This document shows positions 1-10,758 of a stretch of DNA of 64,000 nt, in pieces; position 1 is the stretch's first letter; every line of letters starts with the position of its first letter. The stretch comes from Azolla caroliniana (taxonomy: Eukaryota > Plantae > Polypodiophyta). The position numbers were made by a program, and so were the translations under genes. The stretch spans positions 14,446,001-14,510,000 of the forward strand of contig JBHGNT010000002.1 in assembly GCA_043228905.1 (NCBI GenBank), written 5' to 3'. Below the pieces are notes generated by a model. That model did not search any database. It was given only the letters and a program-made list of their open reading frames with translations, and was not told where the DNA came from.

Positions 1-185
1 GACTTGGGCGCTTCATATAACGTAACCCCTCATTGATCCTAATTTCGGCAATACTCAACCCAACATTCCGACTCAGTTTGAGTCGGAAATTTGCAGCACT
101 ACGCGATTATCGGATCCGCGGCGTAGAGCTCAACCTTCCAGGTGGCTCCACATTGGTACTACACAATGTTTGACACATACCTGAG

Positions 186-530
186 TGTTACCCGTAAGAA
201 TATACGGGGAGGCATAAGGGTATGTGTAATGATGTGGTTGATGTGTATGTGTAAAGTAAATGAGTGTGTGAGGATGAGTATGTGTATGGACACATGCACA
301 ATTATGTGCATGTGTACAAGAATGTGTAACGGTCTTATTTATAACGGTCAGTAACCGTTACATTGGATGTATTATATAAACCCCCTATGGGGTATGTAAT
401 GAGATATACATTTTTCCCCTCTCATTTTGTGTCATTTTCAATTTATCTTTCTCTCTAACTCTCTCACTATCGTAACCCCCTTCGAAGGGGGGTGAAGCCA
501 TTCTAAGCTTCACCCCCCACCCCAACAACA
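186..530 (+). repeat. 5' LTR of non-autonomous element copy 1
   Basis: Direct repeat of 3007-3351; TATA-like TATATAAA at about 373-380; terminal hairpins. Confidence 0.95.
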
Positions 531-1310
531 CTTTTGGCACGCTTGAACGGACAACCCTCCCTTGAGAAGAAGTCACTCTCTCCCTCCCTCACTCTCGCTC
601 TCCATCACTAATGTCTATCTCTCCCTCCCTATGTGTGCGTTAGTGTTTGTGTTAGAGAGTGTGGCTTTGGGCCTAAACTCTCTCAATGGTGATTTGTTGT
701 TATGGAAGGTTCTTGGTATGGGATAGGATCTAGAGATTTAGTAGGATGAGTATCTTTTTGCTCTTCCCCCTATCTCTGTTTGTTGTGATCTGTCATTCTT
801 CTTCGTTCCAAATCGAGCTTCTCATGTGATTTTGTCATGCCTCCTCACCATCTCTTCGACAGAAATGTACCCTTGTCTCTGGATATGGTGGCATCCATAG
901 TTGCTTCTACATAGCCCCAGATCTATGGCTCTATTGTCAGCCAAGCCTATGAGGAAACTCAGATTACCACGCCCACAATGGACCCAAACATGGTTAGTAC
1001 TCTCAAATCCATCATCTGCCCATGGCCTTATTCACCACAAGATCATCTCGCTCATGATGAGGCTCCAAAGGCTTCCTTGGCTCCTCCTCTTCTTACACAT
1101 GAACTTTCGTCATCATCATCTTCTTCCCTGTAAAGAAATGCATCGTCGTTTCTCTCTTTGGAACTACTTTTTTGTAGGTTCAGTTCAGAACCACACAGTT
1201 TCTGTTGAGTAGAAGCGGAAGCATTATTTCACCCAAATTCCGTCCCCTATTTTCTTCATCTCCAAATCCCTGTTCAACAAAGGAAGGGGACAGACAAATA
1301 GGCCCAGGCC

Positions 1311-1555
1311 ATGGTGAAGGAAGAGGCCCTGGTGGTAGCCACTGAGATCGTGCCCAACGACACCATAAGCTTCTCTGTTTATTCCCGAACTTCTTGCACT
1401 CCATCAATCTCAAGTATGTGAGGCTAGGTACCACTACTTGATCAGCCCTGCGCGCGTTTACCTCTTCACCATCCCTGTGTTGCTAGTCACTCTTAGCGCG
1501 TAGATCGGGCTTGTCCAACCAAGAGCTCTAGATCTAGCTATGGAACAACCTGGAG
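1311..1555 (+). pseudogene. Captured N-terminal fragment of a FIDDLEHEAD/KCS10-like 3-ketoacyl-CoA synthase gene
   Basis: With small indels it translates as MVKEEALVVATEIV..FSV..PNFLHSINLKYVRLGYHYLIS..VYLFTIPVLLVTLSA*IG.LSNQEL*..LWNNL. This matches the recalled FDH motif [49 protein letters not shown]. Confidence 0.85.
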
Positions 1556-2094
1556 GTGAGCCTATTCGGGATCGAGGCCTTCCCGGGCGGAACGAAAAAA
1601 CGAAGGATGTTTGATTTGAACGAAGCTAAAGCCGTGGATGATTGGGGATTCTTCTGAATCTGAGTCTGTTGTTCTCTGCTCTGCTTCTTGTTTCCCTTCT
1701 GTCATTCATCGCTTCCTCTTCTTCCTGATTTTAGACCCTGTGGGCTCCCGAGAGAGAAAGAGACAAAGACCGAGGGCAACGGCCTATCCACGTCCCTTGC
1801 CTTCCGTGGCAGGAGAGAAGCTCTAGAGATGATGGCGACAATCTTCAGAGCAGAATCTGAGGACTCTGAAAACGACGTAGGCATGGAATACGATTCGACA
1901 ATGGAGGCTGTAGCAACATTGAAGGGGATGGAGAAATTGATGTGGAAAAGGTTTAAGGTGAAAGAGCTGGAAGTGAACTTGAGCGAAAGGAAAGTGAAGC
2001 ATAGAGAGAAGAGAGTGATGCACAGAATAGCTATGGCGAGGTGGACACATCACTATGGGAAGCAGCTCCTCTTCTCACAGATAATATGGAAGCC

Positions 2095-2560
2095 ATGAGA
2101 GACAAAGAGATGGCCCCGGACACAAGAGACTCAGCCCAGCACAAAGGCGGGGAGATGGCCAAAGCCGCGCGACCAAGAGCATGGCGGAGACGCGTAGCCG
2201 AGATCACGACCAAGACACGTGGCCAAAATGCGCGGCCGAGACGTGCAGTCGAAGCGAAGCGCGGTCGAGACGCGTGGCTGAAACACGCGGACCAGAATAT
2301 GGCCAAGCACAGTCGAGAAGTACGACCAAGACGCGTGGCCGAGAGCACAACCGAGACGCGTGGCCAAGAATAAAGCCGAGACGCGTAGTCGAGAGTACAG
2401 CCGAGAAGCGTTGTCGAGATGCATGGTCGAGACTACGACCGAGACGGGTGGTCGAAAAGACGGCTGAGACACACGGCCAAAACGTGCAGTCGAGAGTGCA
2501 GCCCAAATGCACGACCAAGAGTATGGCCGAGTGACAGCCGCAAATACAGCCAAGCAAAAG
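2095..2560. repeat. Degenerate GC-rich tandem repeat (about 24-27 bp unit, ACGCGTGGCCGAGAGCACGACCGAG-like) inside the non-autonomous element
   Basis: Recurring GAGACGCGTGGCC / CGACCAAGAC / GTCGAGA motifs over about 460 bp. Confidence 0.85.
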
Positions 2561-3006
2561 ACGAAGACATAAGAAGGAAACGAAGGAAGAGAAGAGGGGT
2601 ATGAAGAGAAAATTTCAGAAACATAAGGGTAGAAGAGAAAATTTCGAAAACTCAAGGGCATAAAAAATAAAAGTTTAAGAAAACATGAGGGCAAATTTTA
2701 AAGACCAAAGGGTAAAAAATATAAAACTCATTTCACATGATAAAAGAAAGAATACACAAATGCACAATACGATTTCACGACCCATGCTACAGTGAACTAG
2801 CCGATTGGTATATGATCCAATCGTGACTTGTGTTGACCGAATGAGAAGGTTCAAGTCAAGCAAAGCTCCGATCGAAGTTATCGATCATAGAGCAGTGATC
2901 CGGTCGACGGATTTCCGACCGTTGAGACGACCGGAGTTCCGGTCGAGAAGAGTTGTCATGGCAAGTGGGTTCACCATGCAATGCATTGTCCCACAGGCGT
3001 GCCATG

Positions 3007-3351
3007 TGTTACTCGTAAGAATATACGGGGAGGCATAAGGGTATGTGTAATGATGTGGTTGATGTGTATGTGTAAAGTAAATGAGTGTGTGAGGATGAGT
3101 ATGTGTATGGACACATGCACAATTATGTGCATGTGTACAAGAATGTGTAATGATCTTATTTATAATGGTCAGTAACCGTTACATTGGATGTATTATATAA
3201 ACCCCCTATGGGGTATGTAATGAGATATACATTTTTCCCCTCTCATTTTGTGTCATTTTCAATTTATCTTTCTCTCTAGCTCTCTCACTATCGTAACCCC
3301 CTTGGGAGGGGGGTGAAGCCATTCTAAGCTTCACCCCCCACCCCAACAACA
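3007..3351 (+). repeat. 3' LTR of non-autonomous element copy 1
   Basis: Direct repeat of 186-530, followed by TSD CTGAG. Confidence 0.95.
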
Positions 3352-5007
3352 CTGAGCTCTCAAGACCCTTGATCTCAGTCAAACAACTGGATGAAGACGG
3401 CATCCGTGCCGGTTTCTCATCAGGAGGGTGGACACTCCACACGGGGAACCTCCTACTTGCTCAAGGACCGAAAGTACACTCGTTGTACCCGCTATATGTC
3501 ACACTCAGAGAGGGTTACTTGTTGTTGGTCAACATTCCAGTGTCATCACTTTGACATGAACAACTCGGACACCTCAGCAAGGCCGACTTCACACATTTAT
3601 TTAGAGCCACATACATACCTAAACTATCCTTCTCTGATCATCAATTCTACAAGCATTGCTAGTACGGAAAACTGATAGCTGCATCACATCCGACATTAGA
3701 ACGGAGAGATCGAGCGCCCTCGATTTGGTCCACTTGGACATCTGCGGCCCCATGCCACATAAGTCTCTCGGCGGTGCCTTGTATTTCGTCACCTTTATTG
3801 ACAACTCGACTCAGAAGGTGTGGGATTACCCAATTAAAACTAAAGATCGAGTGTTCTCGATTTTCTCTGATTGGCTCGCTATGGTCGAGAATTAGTCCAG
3901 CCAAAAACTGAAATGCTTTCGAACCGATAATAGAGGAGAGTTCAAATCTGAAGAATTTGTCAGATTCTGCTGACAACGCGGCATGCGACGTGAATATACG
4001 GCACCCCACAGTCTGGAGCAGAACGGAATTGTCGAGCGGATGAATCGGACAATTCAAGAAAGGATAGTTTTCATGCTCCAACACTCCGGACTATCGAATG
4101 GCTTCTGGAAAAGATGCACTACTTACGGCAGTACACATAATCAATATGTCACCTAGTAGGCCTCTAGGATTTTGGATACCTCAAGAACTATGGAACTACA
4201 GCAAGCCAAATTACGACAAGCTGAGGATTTTCGGGTGCGAGGCTTACGCCCTCATACCGAAAGACGATCATCGCAAACTTGCACTAAGGTCTAGGAAATG
4301 CATTTTCCTCGGTTACGGACCAAATGGCGAAATCGGCTACCAACTCTGGGACGCCGAGCAAAGACAGATCGTCCAAAGTTCGGACGTAGTGTTCAATGAG
4401 TCAGCCATGCATTAATCGGCCGAAAAGTCGATCGAAGTCCGAGGGTAATTTTTTCATATGTGCCAACCCTTCACGAAGGCACAACACACAACACAAGATC
4501 GGCTTCAAGGGTAGCCGCTCTAGAAATGACGAGGCAGAATACGAATCGGCACAGCCGAATGTTTCGGCTTCTAACCATCCGACCTCGACATCTGATGTGA
4601 CTAGTCCAGTCATACCTCGAAGATCCAAGAGACTTTCGCAACCCCCAGAGAGATACTCTCCTCGAATCTTCTTTATGAATGTCGGAGAACCGACGTCATA
4701 CGAAGAAGCATCGGCATCTGCCGACTCGGCCACCTGGAATCTGGCAATGGAGTTCGAGATGAACTCCATTCCAGCAAACCAAACTTGGGACTTGTTCGAA
4801 CTACCGAAAAATCGACCTACGCTTTTGTGCAAATGGGTCTATAGAATTAAAGAGACGTGTGATTTGGCCACCCCAAAATTCAAGGCCAGATTAGTTGTGA
4901 AAGGGTTTCGACAGGAATATGGCGTCGATTTTCACGAAATGTTTTCACCAGTGGTGAAAATGACAACCCTCCGCTTTATGCTCGGCATCGTGGCAGCCAA
5001 GCATTTC

Positions 5008-5443
5008 GAGTTGATTCAGCTTGATGTCAAAACGGCATTCTTGCATGGTGATCTAGAGGAGAAATTTCATATGGAGCAGCCAAAAGGTTTCATCGCATTC
5101 GGCCAAGAACATCTAGTCTGTTGACTCAAGAAGAGTCTTTACGGTCTAAAACAGGCACCGCAACAGTGGTATAAGAAGTTCGATGACTTCATTTAGTTGG
5201 TTGGCTTCTCGAAGAGCGATGAGGTGGAGTTGATTCAACTAGATGTCAAAACGGCATTCCTCCATGGTGATCTAGAGGAGAAAATTCATATGGAGCAGCC
5301 AAAAGGCTTCGTCACAGCCGGCTAAGAACATCTAGTCTACTGACTCAAGAAGAGTCTTTACGGTCTGAAATAGGCACCGCGACAGTGCTATAAGAAGTTC
5401 GATGACTTCATTTAGTCGGTTGGCTTCTCGAAGAGCGATGAGG
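5008..5443 (+). repeat. Tandem duplication of about 219 bp within the RT of Copia A
   Basis: GAGTTGATTCA..GATGTCAAAACGGCATT...AAGAGCGATGAG occurs at about 5008-5223 and again at about 5227-5443. Confidence 0.9.
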
Positions 5444-6510
5444 ACCACTGTCTCTTCACGAAAACAACTCAAGATGGGTCACCCATCTTCCTCATCCTCT
5501 ACGTGGACAACATGTTAATCTCCGGTCGGCAACCCGGAGGGCTTGCCGAACTCATTCGGCAACTGCGGTTGAAGTTTTCCATGAAGGACCTCGGTCCGGC
5601 AAGACACATTCTCGGCATGAAGATTAGTTGGAATCGAAATCGAAGACAATTGTTTCTGTCCCAATCTGATTATCTCGTGTCCTCGAACGCTTCAACATGC
5701 AATCGGCTAAATCTACTTTGACCCCGCTACCCATTAACCTTCGGTTGTCTTAGTGAGATTGCCCGACATCCGGTTCGGAGGGGGACATAATGAAGTCGGT
5801 ACCGTATGCACCGGAAATTGGCTCCTTGATGTACGCGATGGTTGCGACACAGCTTGACATTGCTCACGTTGTAGGAGTCGTCAACAGATTTATGCACAAC
5901 CCTGGTTGATCGCACTAGAATGTAGTAAAGCATGTGTTCAGATATCTAGTGGGCACAAAAGACCTTGGCACTCTATTCGACCCAAACGACACCTCAGGAG
6001 TAGTCGACTATGTGGACAGTCGAAAATTGACAACAGGATACTGCTTTAAGTTTGGCAATGTAGCAATCTCGTGGAAATCGAAACTTTAGGAGTGCACTAC
6101 CACATCAACAACCAAGCCCGAATACGTACATGCGTCCGATGCGGCGGAAGAGGCCTTATGGCTCAATCAGTTGACTTGCACATTTCGACAAGTCGAACCT
6201 GACTCGGCTCCGGTTGTCTACAGTGATAGGTAGGGTGTTGTGGCTCTATCAAAAAATCTGATTCATCACAACGCCTCGAAGCACATCGACGTTCGATATC
6301 ACTTTGTTTAGGAATGTGTAATATCATGGAAAGCCTCGAGAAGATATCTACAGCTGATAATGTCGTAGATGGGATGACCAAGTATCCTTCAACGGATTGA
6401 TTCCGATCCCTTCGGCACCAGATGGGCGTAACGAAGAATCAGTTTGATTAAGTTAGACACTTAGGATGTTTTCGAACAATCGACTCCGACAGTTCGAAGT
6501 TTGGCTTTAG

Positions 6511-7409
6511 CAAGATTGTTAGATACATTAGATACGGTACGGATACCATATGTATATAATGTATTAATAAGCGTAATATACTACCTCCGAATTTAAAAAT
6601 ACGTTAAAAACATTTTTCTAGTATGTTAAATACGTATAAAATACGTAAAATGCGTATTTTACGTATAGTATGCCAAATATTTCTAGAATTTGAAAATTAT
6701 TTACCTTTCTAAAAAGTATCTGTAACATTGTAAAAAGCATCTATGTTTACACAAATTTGTGATCTACATTATAGTTCTACATCCTAAAATGCATATAAGA
6801 CATTTGAACATTCACATCCTAAAATACTTATAATATGGATGTCAGTATTCACTTATTCTATAAATCAGTGTAAGTGTGTATCACGATGTTCTATTTCAAA
6901 TTGTAATTATTTACGATTATGGCTTCATAGATTGAGGAATCGTCTACGTTTATCACACTCAAGATAGGTTTATGTCTTCTTTTCTCTCTTCTTCATCTTC
7001 TTCTTCTATCTTCTATGATTATCATAGTCAGAGTTAGGATAGGTTTCTATCTTCTTTTCTCTCTTCTTCTTCTTCTTCTTCTTCTTCTTCTTCTTCGTCG
7101 TCGTCGTCGTCATCGTCATCGTCATCTCTTCTGTTCTTCTTTCTTCCTTCTTTTTGCTTCTTCTCACTAAAATCATTTTTTTCTTTTGCTTTTTGTTGGG
7201 GTTTTACTTACATTTTTTTATAAATACGTGTTATACCTGTTTTTTCAAATGTACGTTAAATACCGTATTGGACAAATGTACGTTAAATACCGTATTGGAC
7301 AAATGTACATCATATTTGACTAAACAACATTGAGGTATAGTACATACTACACAAATTATGAGGTACTATACGTATTTAAACGTTAAATACAGGTACGTAA
7401 ACAACCATG
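6511..7409. mobile_element. Non-autonomous hAT-type DNA element (MITE-like)
   Basis: Imperfect TIRs CAAGATTGTT...AACAACCATG. 8-bp flanking duplication GGCTTTAG/GGCTTTAT at 6503-6510 and 7410-7417. Subterminal TACGTA motifs; internal (TTC)n/(TCG)n tract. Confidence 0.75.
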
Positions 7410-7886
7410 GGCTTTATCTTCCCCAACCTCGGCCAGTTTGGCCTTTAGTGTTTCGAACTTCACCGACTCGAAGGAAATTTTGATTTGTTCGAAAACTTTG
7501 TATCAATCTGTATTGTACATTTATTTTATTTACCGAATTTCGATGTATACGTCCATTATGGGGGAGTGTTGAATGCGGGTCTCTAATGAACATATTCACA
7601 TTGTCTCCTTTTGTACACACTAGGTTTAGGCGATTTATGTAAATAGTGAGAAGGGCAATTGCCCTAGGTCAGTCAGTATATAAACTGACTTTGTAACCTA
7701 GTTTGGTGGTTGGTTGAAATATAGTTCATCTTGTGCCTAATCGTCTCTCTCTCTTGCGTTCTTGTTTGATCTTGTTACTTGATTCTATCTCTAGTTGCCA
7801 TCAATCTACCTTGCTTGCATCCACTTATGATCCTCACTTTAGTAGAGCGTTGATTTGTTCCGCACAGTACGGCTCGGTTCACAACA

Positions 7887-10758
7887 TTCCCCTCCATTGT
7901 CGAATCGGAGTGTCCTCACTCTGTATCCTAATCAGTTCTCCACTTCGACTATCCACCGAGTGAAGACCTCGAACGATTCGTCTTTCGATATAATCGAGTA
8001 GGCCCAGACTTTCTGTGTATAGTCATTTACGAAAGAGATGAAGTATCTGAAGCCTCCTACAGATCTCTCGAGCATGGGCCCATAGATGTTTGTGTGCACA
8101 AGCTCTAAAGGTTATCGTACCGTCTCGTAATGAAGAGACTGCGGACTTCGGATATGTTTCCTGTAACAACAATGCTCACAAAAGTCCATCTTTGTTAGTA
8201 GCTTTGGGATGTCGCCTATAGCCATCAACCGCTCTAGTTTGGCTTGAGACATATGGCCTAGTCGGCCATGCGATAGTTTTGAGTCCCACGATTCAGCTAT
8301 GCTCACGGCCCCTTTTGGACTGATCGCCATCAACAGATACAATTTATTTGTACTTGTATCCACCTCCGATTTTCGTATTCCCTCGGTTGATCATCCATGA
8401 TGACTCATTGAGAGTCATTCTGTACCCGTCTTTGGCTAGCATGCCGATGGAGACCAAACTCCTCTTTAGTGCAGGTACATGCCGAACTTGGTGCAAGGTG
8501 ATAGTATTGTCATTTGGAAATTGGATGGGGACCTCTCCTATCCTTGTAATTTTCATTCTTGCTCGTTGCCTAGTCGAACTATGCCGTTCACGTCGGCCGA
8601 ATAGTTTGAAAACCATTTGATATTAGGGGTCACATGAAAGGTGGCACCAGAGTCCAATAGCCACGTTTGTGCATCTTGCACATCATTGAGTCCTCTAGAG
8701 AGAGAATTTCTATTGATCGGGAGTTGGAAACATTGATTTGATTGCCGTCTGGAGAACGGTTCGAGTCGGATCGTCCTGAGTTCCGCTCAAATCGTCGACC
8801 ACTCTCCTTTCTCTTGATCGTCTAGCACTCCGAAATATTGTGACGCATTTTTCTACAATGAGTGCAGAAATCACTTGATCGACTATTCCTTGACTTCGAC
8901 CGGTGTCAGTCTCCCCTCTTTCTTGGTCAAATGGTGTTCCGACCGGTTCTTTTGACTTGTTCTCTAGATTGATTGGATCACTCGATCGAGTGGTGGGCTT
9001 CTGCTGACTCATTGATGGTAAGTCCCATTGATTTTCACCGAATGTCCTTGGTGAGGACTTGTCTGATCGTCTCATCTAGATTTAGATTCAGACAACTATT
9101 CGCAAAGGTCATGCAGAATACCTCCCAACTCGTCGGCAAGATTGAAAGGAGGTTTGACTTCTTCCTCAAATTTAATCCCTTGGGAGGAGAGTTCAGATAA
9201 CACCCGGCTGAAGGTGTTAATGTGGGAGGTTGTTGGATCAGTCTCTCTCATCTTCATGTTGAATAACTGTTGAATAAGTATCAACTTTGATGAGGAGGAT
9301 TTCTTCTCGTACACCACCTATAACCTCTTCCATAGAGAGAATTTTGTTGTCTCCTTGGCCATTCTGAAATAAACATTCTCGGCCAGATGCATTTGAATGG
9401 TCGACGTGGCTATTTCGTCCAGTGAACGCCATTCTTCTGCTCATATTGAAGCCGGCTTGGTAGTGTGCCAAATAGCTTCAACTTGTCGTCAGATGATGAG
9501 TACATCCTGCATCATTTCCTTCCAGAGGGCGAAGTTCTTCCCATCAAACTTCCGTATTTTCACACTCCTACCGAACTGTGTCGCCATTCTTTTACTGGAA
9601 GTAGATGTTGTTGACCTTTTCATTTCTTTCAGCTAGATAGCTTCTCTTCTCAGTCTTTTTTACTTTTCATTGCCTCTGGATAGTGAGGTTGCTCTGATAC
9701 CAGTTGATGAAAGTATAAGAATAGATATGCGGAAGAATGTGTATGAGGATCTTCAAGATGATGCACAACAAAAAACACAAATATACAACAAGAAGAGAGA
9801 CAGAAGATGGACACAGTTTTAGAGCTCCAATGGAAGTTCTTATTCTCTTTCTTTGTAACTCTTACACTCCGAGATCTCTCATTTACAATGTTAGGTTTGA
9901 GTTTATATACCCAAGTCCTAGCTAGAGGAAAGCATTGGGCATATGGCGTTGCGGGATCCTAGGCCGCAATGCCATAGGAGATGCCATAGTAGAAGAAATT
10001 TCTCCCGACTTTGCTTGATTTGTCTGTTTCTTGAAAGCTTGTTTTGGCTTAGAGTCTCTAACAAGAGGGGAATTACATGGTGATAATGCAAAAGAAGGAT
10101 TTGAAAAAGATCCTTTTGTTGGTACACTAAATGTGAACCAATAATTGAAGCCCGAGAGTTTTTTGATGGATTATTGTTGGTTGGAGATGTGGTACAATGG
10201 ACTGCCATGTTATTGGGCTATACTGAGCATGATAAGAATCAAGATGCTATACAACTCTATCTTCAAATGCTTGTGCAAGGCCTCTTACCTAATATGATGA
10301 CATTTTCTGGTATGTTGAAAGCATGTGGCAACATGGGAGATATACAAAAAGGGAACAACTTCCATGTTCAAATGTCCTCGTAAAACATGGAGGTCACACA
10401 AACAAGTGCCTTATTGAGAAGTATGCTTGAAGATTAACAAGTCTTTGCCATAAGACAAGCAAGAAGTCTTTTTGAATGGTCTAGTTTAATTTCCAAATAT
10501 GCTCGAACGGAGAAACTGTGCAAACAATTATGGTTTCAAATATCGTCTCATCGAATGCACTAAAAAGAGGCTATAGAGACTATGGATATGCTGAGGAGGG
10601 GTTGTATTAGTTTTGAACAGATGCAACACAATATATGTATATAGTTTTCCTTTAATTTTAATACTAATGGAGGATTTTTTTATGGAAAAAAGTCCTAGCT
10701 AGAGGACATGTTCACACTATGGATACAAAGTAGACGGAGTTGGCCTTTTATGCCAACA
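7887..10758 (-). mobile_element. Decayed Copia element B (5' LTR, PBS, gag, PR, start of integrase), interrupted by Copia A
   Basis: iMet PBS TGGTATCAGAGC at 9702-9691. LTR at 9705-10758, including a retrocopy insertion. gag KFDGKNFALW and LIQQLFNMKM; WLLDSGATFH; HGRLGHMSQ; DNGGE at the 7887 junction. Confidence 0.85.
9930..10689 (+). pseudogene. Processed PLS-class PPR gene fragment inserted in the LTR of Copia B
   Basis: PPR motifs FVCFLKAC, EAREFFDGL, DVVQWTAMLLGYTEH, GLLPNMMTFSGMLKACG. Flanked by the 17-bp direct repeat AAGTCCTAGCTAGAGGA (9913-9929, 10690-10706), with a short A run at the 3' end. Confidence 0.85.

Larger units (their letters stand above)
186..3351 (+). mobile_element. 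Non-autonomous LTR retroelement (Tat-related LTR), copy 1, carrying host gene fragments
   Basis: Near-identical LTRs at 186-530 and 3007-3351 (TGTTA...CAACA). 5-bp TSD CTGAG at 181-185 and 3352-3356. PBS-like CTTT-TGGCACGC at 531-542. No gag/pol motifs inside. Confidence 0.95.
1..7886 (+). mobile_element. Decayed Ty1/Copia element A (5' part outside the window): PR-INT-RT-RNaseH, PPT and 3' LTR; interrupted by insertions at 186-3351 and 6511-7409
   Basis: Protease-region remnant at 1-185 rejoins at 3357 (HIPELSRPLISVKQLDEDG). Integrase LVHLDICGP...YFVTFID at 3724-3800. RT motifs FKARLVVKGF, QLDVKTAFLHGDL and LYVDNMLI. Many stops and frameshifts. PPT ATGGGGGAG at 7558-7566, then LTR TGTTG...CAACA at 7567-7886. 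Confidence 0.9.

Noticed and set aside
837-1132. Near-open frame of about 97 codons in the cargo of copy 1 (also the ORF at 1688-2098)
   Set aside because: Probably more captured sequence, but I cannot assign any family.
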